A stretch of DNA of 32,000 bases from Kineococcus radiotolerans SRS30216 = ATCC BAA-149 (GTDB taxonomy: Bacteria; Actinomycetota; Actinomycetes; Actinomycetales; Kineococcaceae): assembly GCF_000017305.1 (NCBI RefSeq), contig NC_009664.2:4410001-4442000 (forward strand), given 5' to 3'. A model generated the notes under the pieces. That model saw only the letters and a program-made list of their open reading frames with translations. It was not told the DNA's origin and did no database searches. The position numbers and the translations under genes are program-made. This document shows, in pieces, positions 28,834 through 32,000 of this stretch; position 1 is the first letter of the stretch, and the number at the start of each line of letters is the position of its first letter.

Positions 28834-30936
28834 GTGGATCCGATCACCACCGCCGAGCAGGTTGCCGTCGTCGGTACGCCGTCGTCGAACTACGAGGTGA
28901 CCCTCGACCTGCTCGACACCGCCATCCACGAGCCTCTGGTCGGGTCGATGCTGCTGCTCACCCAGCCGTCCGGCGGGGGTGAGGAGCTGGCCCTGGGCAT
29001 GGTCACCGAGGTGACCACGATGAACCAGTGGCACTCCCAGCCCCTGCTGCGTGGGGTGGTGAAGGCCAAGGGTCACATCCCCGGCATGTCCGGTGACCTG
29101 GGTGACGTGCGCGCAGCCAGCATCAAGCTGCAGGCCTGCTACAAGCGCAGCGTTCTCGGCCAGCCCCAGTCGGGGGTGCAGGCCGGGCCATTGGTGCAGG
29201 CCGGGCCGTGGGTGCAGGCCGGGCCGTCGCTGCGGATGTCCCCGCCCACCGGTACTGCGGTGCGGCGGGTGACCAACGAGGTCCTCGATGAGCTGATGAG
29301 CGGTGAGGAAGACCTGCACTACCTCGGCCACCTGCACGGCACCGGTGATGTGCGGGTCCCCATGAGCATCCGCGACTTCTCCGGCGACCGCGGCGCCTTC
29401 CACGCAGGCGTCTTCGGGATGAGCGGAAGCGGCAAGACGGCCTTCTCCGCCTACTTCCTGGCCGGCCAGATGCGCAACGCCGACCAGGGTTTCATCGTGG
29501 TGGACCCGCAGGGGCAGTTCTCCTCCGAGACCGGCTTCCCCTTCTCCCTGCAGGCGTGGGCAGCGGAGATGGGCCGCGAGGTCGTCGTGCGCCGCGTGAG
29601 TGAGGACCTGCGGCTGGAGAAGGACGCCCCGCTGCTCGGGGAGTTGCTGAGCAAGACGAAACTGACCGGTGAGATCACCAAGATGGCCCCGGAGACGGCC
29701 GGTCTGTTCATCGACGAGCTGGTCAAGGCCCTGCGCAAGCGCAGCAGCTGGGACACCGAGGACTCCGACGACCTGCTGAGGGAACTCCTGGGCTCGCTGA
29801 CCGACTCCGGTGTGCTGGGTCGCATCTACGTCGACGAAACCCGCCAGGCCCGCCTGCGTGATGCGGTCCTCGAGGTCCTTGACGACGCGGACCGCTTCGG
29901 TGATGTGTTCAGCCAGTTCCAGCCGCTGCACAACCTGTTCAGTCCCGCCAACCCCGGCGGGGGGAAGCGGCACTCGATGTGGGGCACGGTCGCGCACGTC
30001 TTCGACAAGACCCAGCGAGCCGGGGCGCCGGCGCCGGTGCTCATCCTGGACATGTCCACCTCCGGGCAGGTCTCCTGGGTCTCCTCCCTGCTCGCCGGCC
30101 CGGAGCAGGCTGCGGCCGTGGAGGCGCTGCGGGTGCTGGACCAGGACTCGATCAAGGCCGCGATCTTGCGCAAGGCGTGCCGCACCCTGAAGGAGGCCTC
30201 CGAGTCCGCCTTCCGGCTGGGCGACACCCTGAACACGATGGTGGTCTTCGACGAGGCGTGGCGCTACGCCCCGCCGCTGCACCTGGCCGGCGACGAGGAG
30301 ATCAAGGCCCTCTCGGCCGACATCGCCGGCTACTTCCGCGACACCCGCAAGTTCGGTATCGGCTGGACGCTGATCAGCCAGTCCCCCCGCAGCGTGAACG
30401 CGGACTGCTTCGACCAGATGGCGGTGCGCATCATGGGCTACGGCCTCGGTGGTGCGGACCTGGCCAAGGTCGCCGAGCAGATGGACGACCCGGAGCACCT
30501 GAAGCTGTACCGGGCCTTCGCCCCGCCGGACTCCACCAAGCCCAAGGTGTACCCCTTCATGGTGACCGGCCCCGTCTCGCCGCTGTCCTTCACCCGGGCG
30601 CCGGTGTTCCTGGCCGCCTACACCGACTTCGAGACCTTCCGCAGCGACAACCATCCGTGGATCAGCCAGGCCCGCCGCAGTCAGGGTCTGCCGGTCCTGT
30701 CCGGCGTCCCCCAGCTGAGGGGCACCGGGCCGGTCGTGGCCGCCCGGGTCCCACGCCCCACTGCCACGGCCGGTCCTGTGAAGGGTGCTGCGGGGACGAA
30801 GGAGGCGATGGAGCGGGTCCGCGAGAACGCCGCCACCGGTGGGATCGCCCCTGGTGCCTTCGCCGGGCTGGCCGGCGACACCTGGTTCGGCGGGGGACTG
30901 GGCAGCATCGACGACGACGACCCGCCGCCGTTCTGA
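28834..30936 (+). CDS. herA: HerA/FtsK-like hexameric ATPase (HAS-barrel plus P-loop)
   Basis: GTG 28834 preceded by GAGGGAG. N-terminal barrel VAVVGTPSSNYEVTLDLLD...LALGMVTEVTT. Walker A GVFGMSGSGKTAF, Walker B TMVVFDEAWRYAP, and RKFGIGWTLISQSPRSV. Confidence 0.85.
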   Translation: MDPITTAEQVAVVGTPSSNYEVTLDLLDTAIHEPLVGSMLLLTQPSGGGEELALGMVTEVTTMNQWHSQPLLRGVVKAKGHIPGMSGDLGDVRAASIKLQACYKRSVLGQPQSGVQAGPLVQAGPWVQAGPSLRMSPPTGTAVRRVTNEVLDELMSGEEDLHYLGHLHGTGDVRVPMSIRDFSGDRGAFHAGVFGMSGSGKTAFSAYFLAGQMRNADQGFIVVDPQGQFSSETGFPFSLQAWAAEMGREVVVRRVSEDLRLEKDAPLLGELLSKTKLTGEITKMAPETAGLFIDELVKALRKRSSWDTEDSDDLLRELLGSLTDSGVLGRIYVDETRQARLRDAVLEVLDDADRFGDVFSQFQPLHNLFSPANPGGGKRHSMWGTVAHVFDKTQRAGAPAPVLILDMSTSGQVSWVSSLLAGPEQAAAVEALRVLDQDSIKAAILRKACRTLKEASESAFRLGDTLNTMVVFDEAWRYAPPLHLAGDEEIKALSADIAGYFRDTRKFGIGWTLISQSPRSVNADCFDQMAVRIMGYGLGGADLAKVAEQMDDPEHLKLYRAFAPPDSTKPKVYPFMVTGPVSPLSFTRAPVFLAAYTDFETFRSDNHPWISQARRSQGLPVLSGVPQLRGTGPVVAARVPRPTATAGPVKGAAGTKEAMERVRENAATGGIAPGAFAGLAGDTWFGGGLGSIDDDDPPPF
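29176..29229 (+). repeat. In-frame 18-nt tandem repeat x3 inside herA
   Basis: GTGCAGGCCGGGCC(ATTG/GTGG/GTCG), encoding VQAGPL VQAGPW VQAGPS. Confidence 0.95.
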
Positions 30937-31197
30937 CCGCGCCGTGGCGCTCGCGTGCCGCCGCTCGCTGGGACGGTCCGGGACGTCCGCGTCGCCCGGG
31001 CTCACTTCCGTGAGGCTCCGGAGGCCTCGCCTCGTGTCGGTCCGGCATGGGTCCCTGCACGGCGCGGCGCCGCCGGCACGTCAGTGAGCCCGGCGTGCCG
31101 CCTGCCCAGTGAGACATCATGTCCGACGGTGCCCCTACGGTCGGTGCCCTTACGGTGTCGGCCGAGCAAGTGATCACGGTTGAAGGAGCTAGCGCAG

Positions 31198-32000
31198 GTG
31201 AGTGAGCCCGTCTACGAGGTCGGCTTCGTGGCCGATGCCCACCTCGGCTACGCCGCCCGGTGCGGCTCCCACCCGGCCTCAGGACTGAACCACCGGGTTC
31301 GCGACGGCTACCTGAGCTACCGCGCGGTCGTGCGGGACATGATCGCCAAGGAGGTGGACCTGGTCATCGACGGCGGGGACACCTTCCACCAGTCCCACCC
31401 CAGCATCGGGGCCATCGTCTGGGCCCGCCGGCAGATGGAAGCCCTCGCCGCCGCGGGCATCCCCGTCATCGGCAACACCGGCAACCACGACGCCTCGGCA
31501 GACCGCAGCAAGTCCCCGGCCACCGCAGCCATCAACGACCCCGCCCGCGGCATCGACTACGTCACCGAGCCCTACAGGGTCTTCGAGCCCCTCGAAGGTC
31601 TGGCCGTCCACATGATCAGCCACTACGGGCTGGCGCAGAGCGAGCGCCTGCTGCCCGAGCCGATCGACGGGGTCGTCAACCTGCTCTCTGCGCACGGGGC
31701 GGCGATGCTGCCCGGGCACGAGGTGTTCCGCTCGGTGGACTCCCCCGGGGAGGTGCCGATCGGGCTGGACATCCTGGCCGATGACCGGTTCGCGTTCAAA
31801 GCGCTCGGCCACTACCACGGCATGGGGGAGATCCTGCCCAACGTCTGGTACGCCGGCTCGCTGGTGCGGCGCGGGTTCGCCGACCCCGCGGGAGGTCGCG
31901 GCTGGCTGCTGTGCAAGGTGTTCGCCGACGGTCAGGTGGTGGTGGAGCCGCAGTACATCGACCAGCGCCCGCAGTTCGACCTGCCGCGCATCGACGCCAA
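31198..32000 (+). CDS. Mre11/SbcD-like calcineurin-type metallophosphoesterase nuclease (3' end off the window)
   Basis: Not in the ORF track because it is open at the right edge. GTG 31198 preceded by GAAGGAG. Phosphoesterase motifs VADAHLG, IDGGDTFH, GNTGNHDA, SAHG and LGHYHG occur in the expected order. Confidence 0.8.
   Translation, partial: MSEPVYEVGFVADAHLGYAARCGSHPASGLNHRVRDGYLSYRAVVRDMIAKEVDLVIDGGDTFHQSHPSIGAIVWARRQMEALAAAGIPVIGNTGNHDASADRSKSPATAAINDPARGIDYVTEPYRVFEPLEGLAVHMISHYGLAQSERLLPEPIDGVVNLLSAHGAAMLPGHEVFRSVDSPGEVPIGLDILADDRFAFKALGHYHGMGEILPNVWYAGSLVRRGFADPAGGRGWLLCKVFADGQVVVEPQYIDQRPQFDLPRIDA

Overview
High-GC (by eye about 70%) actinobacterial-type chromosomal window with three zones. 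(1) 1-16.4 kb is a regulator-dense accessory region. It holds a membrane GGDEF cyclase (partial), an EAL remnant, a LacI regulator and an orphan sugar-type solute-binding lipoprotein. It also holds a frameshifted MerR gene, two MmyB-like HTH regulators, two TetR regulators, three SDRs, a Gfo/Idh/MocA oxidoreductase, a DUF3159-like membrane protein and an NADP/F420-type reductase. (2) 16.4-25.1 kb is the most unusual part. At least 13 same-orientation copies of a conserved intergenic element (core GCGGGATGACCGTGAAGTC, often with a related box 45-47 nt upstream) cut the region into about 14 single-gene cassettes. The cargo is NTF2/DUF4440-like, GNAT, PASTA-like, lipoproteins, small membrane proteins and orphans. 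On minus-strand genes the core sits 0-60 nt after the stop codon. Outlying copies also flank the orphan binding-protein gene and a TetR-reductase pair. The layout is integron-like, but the site is not a canonical attC and no recombinase is in the window. (3) 25.6-32 kb holds a multiply frameshifted YhcG/DUF1016 PD-(D/E)XK nuclease gene, then a nurA-herA-mre11/sbcD-like operon that runs off the right edge. The HerA-like ATPase ends in an SSB-like acidic tip (DDDDPPPF). Other oddities are a 21-nt poly-G tract, several small tandem repeats, and at least 7 frame disruptions, several of them at or next to G/C homopolymer runs. These disruptions may be real decay or sequencing error. All calls come from reading the sequence and ORF translations by eye; no database search was possible.
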